A stretch of 53,394 nt of DNA, taken from the NCBI GenBank assembly GCA_937876055.1, contig CALEIW010000242.1:1-53394 (forward strand), given 5' to 3'. The DNA comes from an uncultured euryarchaeote (lineage in GTDB: Archaea > Thermoplasmatota > Poseidoniia > Poseidoniales > Thalassarchaeaceae). The notes under the pieces are model-generated. The model worked only from the letters and a program-made list of their open reading frames with translations, did not search any database and was not told the DNA's origin. Shown one piece after another: positions 1 to 9,759 of the stretch. The translations under genes were made by a program, and so were the position numbers. How positions within the stretch are numbered: position 1 is the first letter of the stretch; each line of letters begins with the position of its first letter.

Positions 1-2
1 TC

Positions 3-572
3 GACGATGACGGCGACGGAGTACTCGACGTCGATGATGCATGCCCTATCAGCACTCGAATTACAATCGATCATGATAGCGATGGATGTATGGACGAATA
101 CGATCTTGATGATGATAATGACGGAGTTCCTGATACTAGAGATCAGTGTGCACATGGAATAATCGCTTGGATTTCTACAAAGGAAACAGATGTCGATGGC
201 GACGGATGTCAAGATTCCTCTGAAGACAAATCATTACCGAGAGGAATTGTTCAGACCATCACAGATTCTCCGGTACTGATGGCTGCAATTTCTGGCTTAG
301 TTCTAATCGTACTATTGGGGGCTGTTCTACAGAACCGCTCACAGCGCCGAGGTCAAGATGGAATTAGGGATGATACGAGAGATGTCATGGATTCAATGAA
401 AGACGAAGACAAATTATGGGCGGTCAAGACAGAAGCCATACAAATCCCTACGAAAGCCGAAGTAGAGGATGACAGCCAATACCTAAGATTAGTCGAAACC
501 GGCTATTCTCCTGAAGTCGCGAGAGCAATCGTTGCTTCAGAGGATGCAATGAGAAAGCAGTCTGAGGAGTGA
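3..572 (+). CDS. C-terminal part of a surface protein with thrombospondin type-3-like Ca-binding repeats and a C-terminal TM anchor (5' partial)
   Basis: The frame is open to the window start (DDDGDGVLDVDDACP...). Acidic DxDxDGxxD-type repeats are present (DDDNDGVPDTRDQC, DVDGDGCQDSSED), followed by the hydrophobic helix VLMAAISGLVLIVLLGAVL and a charged tail. The architecture matches the C-terminus of 49028..51634. Confidence 0.7.
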   Translation, partial: DDDGDGVLDVDDACPISTRITIDHDSDGCMDEYDLDDDNDGVPDTRDQCAHGIIAWISTKETDVDGDGCQDSSEDKSLPRGIVQTITDSPVLMAAISGLVLIVLLGAVLQNRSQRRGQDGIRDDTRDVMDSMKDEDKLWAVKTEAIQIPTKAEVEDDSQYLRLVETGYSPEVARAIVASEDAMRKQSEE

Positions 573-592
573 TTTCCCATGACCGAGGGTTT

Positions 593-611
593 GGATGGCA
601 TTTCGCCATCC
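593..611 (+). terminator. Hairpin GGATGGC-ATTTC-GCCATCC followed by TTT, 21 nt after the upstream stop codon
   Basis: A perfect 7-bp inverted repeat was read directly, followed by a short T run. Function is inferred. Confidence 0.3.
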
Positions 612-615
612 TTTC

Positions 616-673
616 CCTCGCAACCAGTATTGAGCACCTTGAAAACGCCAAGGGGGGACTGAGGGTTGCGAGG
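616..673 (+). promoter_or_regulatory. 10-bp perfect inverted repeat (CCTCGCAACC / GGTTGCGAGG) with a nested 5-bp stem, ending 8 nt before the regulator ATG
   Basis: 616-625 is the exact reverse complement of 664-673. An inner CCTTG/CAAGG pair is also present. The right arm contains the GAGG that would serve as the SD for the ATG at 681. Confidence 0.3.
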
Positions 674-680
674 CAACCAC

Positions 681-1334
681 ATGAGAGCGGTCAGAGTAGA
701 GTGCGCTTTCTCTGCAATCGAGGATGACTCTAGAGCCCAAGCAGGCTTGCAGTGCATTTCCTGGGACTTCCGTTCCATGCTTGGGATGATAGATGGAAAT
801 CTGCGAATAATGGTCGAATGTATCACCATCGATGGGAATTGTCCTCGTGAAGGGTATTATGTCGATGGAATCCGTATTGTGCAAATCCTCGAAGAGTGGC
901 AATCTGACATTCTAACTCACCATCTTGTAGTGCTAGAATTTTCATCTGACTTCGTTGGTCATTACTTCCACGATGGGGATTTGGCTATTCTTGCAGGCTC
1001 AAACTTCACAGCGAATGGTTTGGTATTGCAAATCGCAGGCCGCCATGAATCAATGGTTCGCTTCTTATCGGATATCAGAACCAAGATTTCAGTCGAGCGC
1101 GTTACCTCAGCGAAGGGCTCGGAAGGTTTGGTCCAGAAGGGTCCTACTTTGCAACAACACCGAGTCGTCCGACTCGCCCATGAAAGTGGATGGTATGAGG
1201 TGCCAAAGAGAACCTCAATTCGTGACTTGGCGGACAAATTGGGTCTTTCCAAGTCAACAGTTGCAGAGCAATTAGTCAAGGCTGAGGGCGAGATAGTTGC
1301 GAGTTTCCTAGACACATCCTTAGATTCTGAATGA
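681..1334 (+). CDS. HTH_10 (bacterio-opsin activator-type) transcriptional regulator
   Basis: The C-terminal sequence LQQHRVVRLAHESGWYEVPKRTSIRDLADKLGLSKSTVAEQLVKAEGEIV matches the HTH_10 pattern (T..Q..vl..A...GY...PR..s..elA..lg.S..t..e.lr.ae.k). The ORF-track start at 666 is TTG, and the first ATG is at 681. Confidence 0.7.
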   Translation: MRAVRVECAFSAIEDDSRAQAGLQCISWDFRSMLGMIDGNLRIMVECITIDGNCPREGYYVDGIRIVQILEEWQSDILTHHLVVLEFSSDFVGHYFHDGDLAILAGSNFTANGLVLQIAGRHESMVRFLSDIRTKISVERVTSAKGSEGLVQKGPTLQQHRVVRLAHESGWYEVPKRTSIRDLADKLGLSKSTVAEQLVKAEGEIVASFLDTSLDSE

Positions 1335-1392
1335 TGCTTGAAATACGGATATTCATAGGTGCGAAAACACTCGCTTTATTCGAGACGGTACA

Positions 1393-1824
1393 ATGAGTAA
1401 GATTCCCGCTGTCAAACTACAGCAATTAATGGGTCTTGATGAGTATGAATTGACCTTAGCCATAGATAGGGTAGCGAGCGAGTTAGGTATCACAGCAGAA
1501 GAGGTTCAATCAGAACTGGATTCGGTAGACTCAGGCTCTTCTTCAAACCAAATTGAATCTCCTCCAGCAGTAGAACTCCCAAAACGAAAATCGATATTTT
1601 CACGGAATAAATCGACCTCAGGAGAAGATTCTCCAACCTTTGTATCGGACGTATCAAAATTCAGAGTATCTTACGATCCAAGCCATGAAGGTAAAAAAAG
1701 ACAGAAACAAGTCAATCAGGCAATTGTCTGCACTAATTGTTCTTCGCCGCTCGGTATTCCAAATATCCGACCGATTAAGGTGACCTGCCCTTCGTGCGGA
1801 GTTGAGACAACTTACGAGAGTTAG
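1393..1824 (+). CDS. Hypothetical protein with a C-terminal CxxC...CxxC zinc ribbon
   Basis: ATG start. The C-terminus reads CTNCSSPLG...CPSCG. The middle is low-complexity and I recognise no family. Confidence 0.5.
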   Translation: MSKIPAVKLQQLMGLDEYELTLAIDRVASELGITAEEVQSELDSVDSGSSSNQIESPPAVELPKRKSIFSRNKSTSGEDSPTFVSDVSKFRVSYDPSHEGKKRQKQVNQAIVCTNCSSPLGIPNIRPIKVTCPSCGVETTYES

Positions 1825-3041
1825 ATGCCCCAGTAGCGATTGCTACCGTCATCATCTGTTTCCGCAGTAACCGAATCAATTGCAGTCTTCAAAAGATAGT
1901 AGAATACAATCGCGATAATTGGAAAGAACCAGGTGTCTGATACATTGCCCGCAGTAATGTCGTAACCCTCACCACCTAACTCAGCTAATGCGACCTCAAT
2001 AACAGCCTTTGTAATCGAATAAACCACCGCTCCAAGTCCTACCAGTATCAAACTTTGACCTGTGAATGACCCTTCCTTCCAACGGAGAACACCAAGGGAC
2101 AGAACGAATGAGAAAGTCGCGACTAGAATCCATGTTAATGCTTGATCAATTGCAATGACCCATACGGCAAAATCTCGATTTACTTCGTCCAAATCAAAAT
2201 TGTCGATTCGAACGAACGAGTCTAGTACATAGGCGTTTAATTCCGTAGGATCGCCGTAGAAAACCGAATAGAAAGTTAGGATTGAAAACAGTACTGAAAC
2301 GATGGATAATCCCCATAACAAAGAAGACCAAATTCCACCAGTCGCACTTTCTCTCATATCTATCATTAGTCGTTCCAATTGGTGTTCCCAACCCAATCCC
2401 TTGGCAAGAATCCAGATTCCAATAATCAATGGCATGGCCCCGATTAGAACAGCACCATTTGGTAGGATCAAGCCAAGCCCGAAGATTATCAAGAACAAAG
2501 CTGCAGGAACGAGTAATCGGGCCCTCCAACGAGGGTCTTCGATTGCCTTGGCGACGTAGTAGTAAGTACTCTCAATTCCCTTTGATTGCCTCACAATAAT
2601 TTTCTCAACGTGATCGACCCTTACTCTAGATGTTAGGATTGGTAGTGATGCTTCATCATCTGCACCATCGGTGACTAACACGGCCGTATCCGGTTGAAAT
2701 TCCTGGATCACTTCGTCGAGTTGGCTAGCGATCGCTCGGTCTGAACGAGGGCCAACTCGGACATCACCGGTCAGAATTGCAATTTCGATTTCATCCTCGC
2801 CATCATTCCTCTCACTCAAACGGTCGTGATGATGGAGAGCGCCAAGAATGGCGTTTGTATCCGATTCTTCTGGGTCAGCAATACCTAGTTTTAGGGCCGC
2901 AGTCAAGGTCGCTTTACGACCGATTACTGGCCCTCTAATTCCGGCCTTAACTCCGAGATCATTGTCTCTGTCGATGGTGATAACGAGTGTCCGCACCATA
3001 CTGGAAGCCTCCGTTGCGAAGTGCAATGAGGCCTTCCCCAT
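1821..3041 (-). CDS. DUF373-like archaeal integral membrane protein
   Basis: The N-terminal soluble block is MVRTLVITIDRDNDLGVKAGIRGPVIGR, followed by about 7 hydrophobic helices. The ATG at 3041 overlaps the PriL stop (TAATG). An alternative ATG lies at 2999. Confidence 0.55.
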   Translation of the reverse strand: MGKASLHFATEASSMVRTLVITIDRDNDLGVKAGIRGPVIGRKATLTAALKLGIADPEESDTNAILGALHHHDRLSERNDGEDEIEIAILTGDVRVGPRSDRAIASQLDEVIQEFQPDTAVLVTDGADDEASLPILTSRVRVDHVEKIIVRQSKGIESTYYYVAKAIEDPRWRARLLVPAALFLIIFGLGLILPNGAVLIGAMPLIIGIWILAKGLGWEHQLERLMIDMRESATGGIWSSLLWGLSIVSVLFSILTFYSVFYGDPTELNAYVLDSFVRIDNFDLDEVNRDFAVWVIAIDQALTWILVATFSFVLSLGVLRWKEGSFTGQSLILVGLGAVVYSITKAVIEVALAELGGEGYDITAGNVSDTWFFPIIAIVFYYLLKTAIDSVTAETDDDGSNRYWGI

Positions 3042-4234
3042 TATGAAGAATCGGCAGGATTGCTTGTTTCAGACGCACCTTCGGTGCGTTCTGGAGGTTC
3101 TTCGGTCTGCGATGAACGTCCTTCATCTTGGTATCGCCTTCGTTGCTTAGCTCTGAGATATTTCAGGGGATGGTTCATCCACTCTTGATCACACAAACGA
3201 TCATCTCCCGGATTAACAGGGCAGCGAGCACCAGTCTTCAGTGCAGAGCATCCGTGAGGCGTGTATTGGTGTTCGTAGATGTGGCCAACTTGGTATGATG
3301 TGGTCTCTGCATTGTAGTCTGGAGCGCTTTCGAAAAACGAGCAAGTAATTTCTGGCGTATGCCCCATAGCCCTTGACATTGCGGCCAAGAAAACTCGTCC
3401 TGTGTGATTGACATTGATACCTTGACTCAATTCAGCCACTGCAGATTCGAAGCAAGGCGGCCAATCCTCTCGGACGGCCGCCGTCATTGGCATCTCGGCG
3501 CTAACCCTTTCAGAGAGTAGGCCGAGAATTCGGTCGACCGGATCAGCAAAAAGACCCGCAAATGCATCATCCATCTTGTCCATGCGATCGGTACAATCCT
3601 CAGTCAAAGATTGTCTAACTCGCTCCTTCAATAGACGCGCAGTGCGCTGTTGACTATTCTCTCCGCTGGCTGAATCCATCTGAACCCAGCCTTCTTTCAC
3701 CGGCCGGTTTACCAGTCGCCAATATCCGCCGGTTATTTTTGGACAAAGTTCCAAGAAATCCACCATTGGAACATGATAGATAATTTCGGTCGTACCCGCA
3801 ACTGACTCGCTGCGAATATCCGAGAGATAGGTGCGAGCGATAATTTCGAAGTGATTCGCGTCCATTCCAAAGAGTTGGTCGGCACGACTAGATTCACCTT
3901 CCACCCAGCGATTAAGCAGACGTTCTTCGAAGGAAGCACAGACGACTAGCATGGCATGTAGGAAGGATAGAGCCTCGGTCATTCGGCCTACATCTGAAGA
4001 GAGGTCGACGGTAGTAGTCGAGTCAACTCCTTCCTTGTGAACTACTGACTCAACCAAGCGTAAACTTCCACGCCGTCTAATGTCTTCTAGCCAAGGTTCT
4101 TCGATGAGTCCCTCAACAGAAATTCCATTGGCACTTAATTGGTTTCGAATGAAATCTCGACTCTGTGGAAGGAATGGGTAGCGCGCTAGAACGGACTCAT
4201 CTTCGATGGTCGGTGGAGTGAGCGGCATTGGCAT
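3041..4234 (-). CDS. priL: DNA primase large subunit PriL
   Basis: An ARYPFLPQSRDFI N-terminal motif is present. The C-terminal Fe-S cysteines are WPPCF, ...TCSFF, ...HGCSALKTGARCP. The ORF-track start at 4267 is TTG, with ATGs at 4234 and 4228. Confidence 0.85.
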   Translation of the reverse strand: MPMPLTPPTIEDESVLARYPFLPQSRDFIRNQLSANGISVEGLIEEPWLEDIRRRGSLRLVESVVHKEGVDSTTTVDLSSDVGRMTEALSFLHAMLVVCASFEERLLNRWVEGESSRADQLFGMDANHFEIIARTYLSDIRSESVAGTTEIIYHVPMVDFLELCPKITGGYWRLVNRPVKEGWVQMDSASGENSQQRTARLLKERVRQSLTEDCTDRMDKMDDAFAGLFADPVDRILGLLSERVSAEMPMTAAVREDWPPCFESAVAELSQGINVNHTGRVFLAAMSRAMGHTPEITCSFFESAPDYNAETTSYQVGHIYEHQYTPHGCSALKTGARCPVNPGDDRLCDQEWMNHPLKYLRAKQRRRYQDEGRSSQTEEPPERTEGASETSNPADSS

Positions 4235-4301
4235 TGTAAGCCGCAATACATCGAGAGGGTATTTCAAGCCTCACCGAATCCTTCCACTGGAGAGGTATCC
4301 G

Positions 4302-5048
4302 ATGCAGACTAAACCCACCGACCTGAATCCAGTTGACGGGCGCCTGCTCGAACTTCAGGATGAGGTGCGTGAACACTTCGGTTGGGGGCTACAAGCGGAT
4401 GTAGATAGCGCCCTTGCTTTGGTTGCCAATGTAGATGATTTAGAGATTGAATCTTGGTCGAAACCTTGGAGAGCCAAAACAGTAGCTTCCTTGCACAGAA
4501 GGTTGGTCCTTCGAGATACCAAGGTTGCTATTTTGGGCGCGGCGATAACCACCGATGAAATCGAACAAGTTTTGCAAAGCAACTGCCTAATGATTGCCGC
4601 CGACGGCTCCTGCGGTGTACTAGACAAGCTACCTAATTCAGTATCAGAGCGTGCTTGGTCGCGTTTGGTTTGTATCGTTAGCGACGCGGATGGCGGAGAT
4701 GGTACAGTCGCCGCCGTCAAGCGGGGCGTTCCAGTAATTTTACACGCCCATGGAGATAATTCAGAATCATGGTCTGAATTGTTGGAATTAGCAAGTTCTC
4801 AACGCTCTCCTCCACCGATTGTACTGACTCATCAAACGCCTGAATCGATTGAAGGAATGCACAATCCTGGTGGCTTTACTGACGGCGACCGGGCAGTGTG
4901 TTTCGCTCGAGCGTTGGGAGTCGAAAGAGACAACATCTTACTTCTTGGAACTCGAACAGATATAGTAGGGGAGTGGTCAGGAGCGACCAACCCAAAACGA
5001 AAATTGGTCAAACTTCAGTGGATGGCTGAAGTTCTACAACACACTTAG
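4302..5048 (+). CDS. DUF115 / MptE-like protein (6-hydroxymethylpterin diphosphokinase-like)
   Basis: Motifs VAILGAA, IAADGS, IVSDADG and ILHAHGDN are typical of the DUF115/MptE family. The ATG at 4302 avoids overlap with priL. Confidence 0.6.
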   Translation: MQTKPTDLNPVDGRLLELQDEVREHFGWGLQADVDSALALVANVDDLEIESWSKPWRAKTVASLHRRLVLRDTKVAILGAAITTDEIEQVLQSNCLMIAADGSCGVLDKLPNSVSERAWSRLVCIVSDADGGDGTVAAVKRGVPVILHAHGDNSESWSELLELASSQRSPPPIVLTHQTPESIEGMHNPGGFTDGDRAVCFARALGVERDNILLLGTRTDIVGEWSGATNPKRKLVKLQWMAEVLQHT

Positions 5049-5065
5049 GTTTCCTAGTCTGAAAA

Positions 5066-8000
5066 TCAAAGGAAGTCGCTTAGTGTCATTACCGTCACTG
5101 TATCGTCATTGAATAGGGAATCAACGCTATCGGACAACCAATCAACGCGTTGCCTAGTGTAAAGGTCAACTCCGTAATTCTCCATAACATGTTGAGTGAC
5201 TTTGATGTATTTTCTAACAGAACCTTCCGAAACAGTAAGCGCGATTTTACCACCGCACATGGATGAATCATCTACTCCTTTGTCTAATCTATCCGCTCCT
5301 AATTTGTCCGCCTTTATACATCGACCTGCCAATGGCATTCTCCTGTATGACTGTCCGCATCTAACACAACGGACTTTCTGTCTAGTGAAAGCAACAAGAT
5401 TTCCTCTTAAATCAGGTAAGAAGTGCGATTCAATCACCTGACTTGCAACCTTAGAAACATCCACTGGACGCAACTTTGATCCTAATTCCAATTGAGCATT
5501 CATTTTGTCGACCATAGTCTCCAATGTCTTGTAGGATGAATTAGCAGGACCCGCATCTAGAGCACCGGAATCATGAGTCCAACCATATCCACGCAAGTCC
5601 CCGTAAGTGCCGAGACGATGCTCAACAATTTCGATGTGAGATTTCAACTCAGCAGGATGTGGCTGTCCTTGAGAAGCCTCATAGAATGCTCTAGGGTATT
5701 GCCATGAGCAGTCTACATTCAATGCCTCTTTGTCAATCTCGGAGGGATTCAGCCTAGTGGTCAATACGAGAGGCGCATCCATCCTTCCTCCTCGATTGGC
5801 TGGAAGAATTGCTCTTGAGAAATTCAACAAACCATCCATCAACATCATGATACTGTCCTCATCACCATCACAATTGCGACGCTTGGCTGCATGGAATAGT
5901 GGGTGGGCATAACCGGCCGATGCATCGGTCCAACCAATGATTCGACACAAAACGCCTCCAGAGGTGTGAGGTGCTAGACCAATTGCCAAATGGCCAACTA
6001 AATCATCAGCGGAGCTTACTCTGTAGAATGGTTCCATTCCATAGAATCTAGTCAGTAATTCATCGACGAAATTGCAAGTCGAAGTTAGATGCTCTATTGC
6101 TAGGGAGGAAGGGATGAAATCCTGAGGAAATAACTCAAGGATTTGTTCATCTCCGGTTAGTGGGTTACCGTCGACATCATGCGAGTATCCCAGTTTGCTT
6201 AGTATCTCCCAAGAAGTATGGATTTCAGAAGGTCGGAAATGAGTTACCGGCACATCAATCATATCGTATCTTGCGGTTCCATCTCTAAACACTGAGAGTT
6301 CATTTCTTGCTCTCAGTATGCCTTTTTCCAACGGTTCAGGTGTTTGTTCATAGGACATTAGACCCTTTACAGACTTGATTTTTTCAGGCAATCTGTCTAG
6401 GCCAAGAGAACGACGCTTTACCTCAAGTAATCCTGCGACAGGAATACTTGTTCTTTGGCCTAATCTTCGAGGAGTTCTATTTCCTCTAATCGGCCGGGGA
6501 CGAGTCTTCCCTCCACATTCTTCAGGAACAGAGGAATCCGGCCGATTATGGCATCGTAACATCGGCGATTCCATTCCGCATTTTACACAAATTCGAGGGC
6601 CGGTTTCAACTCGAATTCGACCCCGCTTTGCAGCTTCACCAAGCAAGCGCTGCGGGCCTCCATGATCGCCAATTGGGAATAATGAGTGGACTAATGGTTT
6701 CATTTGACGCCTGCTGGCTTTCTCAGGTCGACCCATTCTAGAACCAACTCGACAGGGTACTGCATCTTCCCATCTCAAATCGGATAATTTCCTGACCAGC
6801 CAAAGCGATCTATCTACCTCATGATCATCTAGAAGATGTTGTGCTGCCATCAATTCCTTCGGGTTCGACGGGCCGGGGTCTTCGATTGCTTCAGCCGCTT
6901 CGTCACCTTCTTTTTCGGTTTCGGCGATACTCATCCCTCTTTGTCGAGCGGCGGTTTGTGCTCTAACACGCTCAACATCACGCTCCGCTTCGATCTCCTC
7001 TCTCCGAACATCTTCCGCTCGTAGAGTTTCAGTCGCCGCTCTAATTTTGGCAACCCTGTCCGTAAGATGCGATACTGCGTCTGCGCGCATTTTGATTTGT
7101 GAGCCTTCTACCTCAAGTCCAAGCCCTTCCAATAGCGCTTCCCACTTTGATGGGATTACAATATCTCCACGTCGGTGGTGGTGCTGTATTCCCAGAACCA
7201 TTAGTGAAGATTTGATAACTCCGTGCGTCTCAACCTTAGTCCATCTAGGCCAAACCCCTGTTGAAGGTATATCGAGCCCGATATCCTCGAGTTTTTGTTC
7301 AGGTGACCAGCCTTGAACAACATCAGGAATCCTTAGACCCTTACTCTTGATTTTGGAATTCAACAACGCCTCGATTAATTTCCCTGCAAATGATAGTGGT
7401 AAGTCCGACCACCATGGGTTGAATGGAGGAGGGGGGGCGGTTCCGAATTTGATACAAATTCGCTTAATTTGTGACCAATCCATCTCAAGATTACGAAGGT
7501 GACGATTCCAATCCCTCTTTCGACGGACACGATCCAAAGCTGGCTCTCCACCACGACTAATCGCACCATTGAATGGCAATCCAGGAGGCAAATGTTCTCT
7601 ACTTACACCAATTATTGATGCGAATTGTTCTACTTTTTGTGGTTGATCGAGATTTTCTGCGAGGTCAGCCGCCCACCAGTCTTTATTGTAAGGAGAGGGG
7701 ACAAGATTCTTGTTATTCTCAAGGAACTCCCCAAAGCCAACTAACATCTCTCCAGAGTCCCATAGGCTGACAACTTTATCCTTGATACTATTCCATTCCT
7801 CCATCGAATCTATTCGATGGAATCCACCATCCTCGAGCAATACCATTGGCCCTTCGATATCGACGGCAGGAGTAACCGCCGCTGCTTTTCCTGGGCGCTC
7901 GACTTTCATCTGGGTTCCAACTGCTAGGAATCCCTGCATTGCTTCCATAGAAACGGGGTTTATTCCTGCCGCGGCCAATCCAGAAGCCCTACTGCGACCA

Positions 8001-9034
8001 TATCTTATTCGGAAAGCACCAGGCTGGCTGGGCTCTCCAAAAACAGGTCTGCCAGCGATTACATCATCCATGAATCGAGAATCAGTTTTGATTACTCTAC
8101 TCTTGAAAGAGACTTCCTGCCCCTCAGTTTTTCCTTTTGAGGCAAAGTGAGCAATGAAATCCCATCCAGGAATGTTTAGTCGCTCTGTGTGCTTCTGAAC
8201 TTTAGGGGCCTTGAGACATAACCCCTCACCAATTACCAGCAGAACTCCTCCTCTAACCCGGGCTCCATCTATATTGCGAACTTCCTTGAATCCCGAACAT
8301 TCGATATCCTCTGTTGACTCTCCATTAATCATCACCGGACAGGCCCTTACAATCATCTCAATTTCTTCTGGTGGAGGTTTGTATTGCAATCCCTTTCGAT
8401 AGAGTCCAAATTCCTCCTTAACTCTCTCAACTTCGGGAGTACTAGGAATATATCGATTCAATCCTAGTTCGCGCCTAACCATGTCGCCAATCAGCACACC
8501 AAGAGCCTGCGCAGTACCTCCTGCGGCTCTAATTGGTCCGCAGAATTCGATTGATAGGAACTCTGTCCCATCTTCATTATTGAGAATCTTGACATCGCCG
8601 ATTCCCTCCAGAGGGGCGACTAGAACGGCCTCAGTAAGTACTGCCAATCCGACACGGAGGCCTGTGTCTATCGATTGTCGAACATCGGCCGTTAGTTTGT
8701 GCATTCTTTTTCCAACTTCGACGGCGATTTGAATCGAAGCAGTCTCACGATCTACCTTGGTAAGCAATTTACGTAAGTCATCCTCAATTCTGATTGGGTC
8801 ATCATCTGGAGTTGGTCTGAGGTATTCCTCAAGCAATTTCTCAGTCCTACTCGCCAAGTCCGCAGCACGCGGAATTTCAACAGTTTCGGCAAAATCCAAG
8901 CCTTTGGAACGAGCCACTTCTGCGATTTGGTAAGCCTTCTCTGTATTTTCTTCAAGCCAGTCTCTGTAGGACTCCAGCTCGCTAGAAAGACGAGCCTCAT
9001 CCACTACGATTTCTGGACTGTCTTGACCTACCAT
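5066..9034 (-). CDS. polC: DNA polymerase II (PolD) large subunit DP2
   Basis: The ORF is about 1320 aa. The N-terminus YRDWLEENTEKAYQIAEVARSKGLDFAETVEIPRAADLASRTEKLL aligns with the known DP2 N-terminus. Internal and C-terminal zinc fingers are present (ICVKCG...RCH; VRCVRCGQSYRRMPLAGRC...MCGGK). An upstream ATG at 9091 is also possible. Confidence 0.95.
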   Translation of the reverse strand: MVGQDSPEIVVDEARLSSELESYRDWLEENTEKAYQIAEVARSKGLDFAETVEIPRAADLASRTEKLLEEYLRPTPDDDPIRIEDDLRKLLTKVDRETASIQIAVEVGKRMHKLTADVRQSIDTGLRVGLAVLTEAVLVAPLEGIGDVKILNNEDGTEFLSIEFCGPIRAAGGTAQALGVLIGDMVRRELGLNRYIPSTPEVERVKEEFGLYRKGLQYKPPPEEIEMIVRACPVMINGESTEDIECSGFKEVRNIDGARVRGGVLLVIGEGLCLKAPKVQKHTERLNIPGWDFIAHFASKGKTEGQEVSFKSRVIKTDSRFMDDVIAGRPVFGEPSQPGAFRIRYGRSRASGLAAAGINPVSMEAMQGFLAVGTQMKVERPGKAAAVTPAVDIEGPMVLLEDGGFHRIDSMEEWNSIKDKVVSLWDSGEMLVGFGEFLENNKNLVPSPYNKDWWAADLAENLDQPQKVEQFASIIGVSREHLPPGLPFNGAISRGGEPALDRVRRKRDWNRHLRNLEMDWSQIKRICIKFGTAPPPPFNPWWSDLPLSFAGKLIEALLNSKIKSKGLRIPDVVQGWSPEQKLEDIGLDIPSTGVWPRWTKVETHGVIKSSLMVLGIQHHHRRGDIVIPSKWEALLEGLGLEVEGSQIKMRADAVSHLTDRVAKIRAATETLRAEDVRREEIEAERDVERVRAQTAARQRGMSIAETEKEGDEAAEAIEDPGPSNPKELMAAQHLLDDHEVDRSLWLVRKLSDLRWEDAVPCRVGSRMGRPEKASRRQMKPLVHSLFPIGDHGGPQRLLGEAAKRGRIRVETGPRICVKCGMESPMLRCHNRPDSSVPEECGGKTRPRPIRGNRTPRRLGQRTSIPVAGLLEVKRRSLGLDRLPEKIKSVKGLMSYEQTPEPLEKGILRARNELSVFRDGTARYDMIDVPVTHFRPSEIHTSWEILSKLGYSHDVDGNPLTGDEQILELFPQDFIPSSLAIEHLTSTCNFVDELLTRFYGMEPFYRVSSADDLVGHLAIGLAPHTSGGVLCRIIGWTDASAGYAHPLFHAAKRRNCDGDEDSIMMLMDGLLNFSRAILPANRGGRMDAPLVLTTRLNPSEIDKEALNVDCSWQYPRAFYEASQGQPHPAELKSHIEIVEHRLGTYGDLRGYGWTHDSGALDAGPANSSYKTLETMVDKMNAQLELGSKLRPVDVSKVASQVIESHFLPDLRGNLVAFTRQKVRCVRCGQSYRRMPLAGRCIKADKLGADRLDKGVDDSSMCGGKIALTVSEGSVRKYIKVTQHVMENYGVDLYTRQRVDWLSDSVDSLFNDDTVTVMTLSDFL

Positions 9035-9174
9035 GTCGCATACGCTCCGCTGCTGAACATTCGACGACCGCACGAGACCGTCCAAGAACATTCACTGTCA
9101 TCCTGCTCTTCTAACCCCTTCCGAGTGCGAACCTTCATCCGATTACCACCAAGCCGAAATGGAAGGGAAGAGGC

Positions 9175-9759
9175 ATGTCGACCACTGTTGCTGAAGCAAA
9201 ACAACGTCTAATAGAACGTGTTCGTGATTTGGCATATCTGCACTCTCCTGACGATTTATTCACTCTTGCCAGCGGCCGACAGAGTCCACATTTCTTTGAT
9301 ATGAAGCCAGTAATGATGGATCCGGAGTGTGCTCATCTAATCGGCGTACTGCTCCACACAGAAATAGAATCAATCGGTGGAGTTGACGCGGTCGGCGGGC
9401 TCGAATTAGGAGCGGTACCACTCACCGGTATTGCGATTGCAAAGGCCGGAAAAGGATCTGACCTCCGAGGCTTCTTAGTTCGCAAAGAAGCAAAGGGGCG
9501 AGGCGGTCGTAAAACAGGAAATCCGCCTGGAATTGAGGGGTCAACCCTGCGAGAAGGCGACCGAGTTGTATTGTTGGAAGATGTAACAACAACTGGAGGC
9601 TCCGCTCTCAAAGCCGCTAATCGATTAATCGATATGGGGTGCGATGTAGCGGCTTGTATTACTATTCTAGATCGAGAGGAAGGTGGACAAGACGCCTTCA
9701 AATCTGCCGGAATTAGTTTGCATCCACTCATCCTTCGCTCGGATGTAACGGGTGAGTGA
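9175..9759 (+). CDS. pyrE: Orotate phosphoribosyltransferase
   Basis: The PRPP-binding loop VVLLEDVTTTGGS is present, the length is 194 aa, and a GLELGAVPL motif is present. Confidence 0.9.
   Translation: MSTTVAEAKQRLIERVRDLAYLHSPDDLFTLASGRQSPHFFDMKPVMMDPECAHLIGVLLHTEIESIGGVDAVGGLELGAVPLTGIAIAKAGKGSDLRGFLVRKEAKGRGGRKTGNPPGIEGSTLREGDRVVLLEDVTTTGGSALKAANRLIDMGCDVAACITILDREEGGQDAFKSAGISLHPLILRSDVTGE

Noticed and set aside
5196-9000. Many ORFs of 60-146 aa inside and antisense to the DP2 gene (e.g. 7710..8150 +, 8481..8732 +, 8752..9000 -).
   Set aside because: They are fully embedded in a 1320-aa ORF with clear DP2 homology. Their translations are S/P/R-rich, as is typical of antisense or off-frame reading.
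5066-9091. Possible intein in the long PolD DP2 ORF.
   Set aside because: The length is within the normal DP2 range. I saw no LAGLIDADG or HNH block and no obvious splice-junction pattern. This was by eye only and not excluded rigorously.
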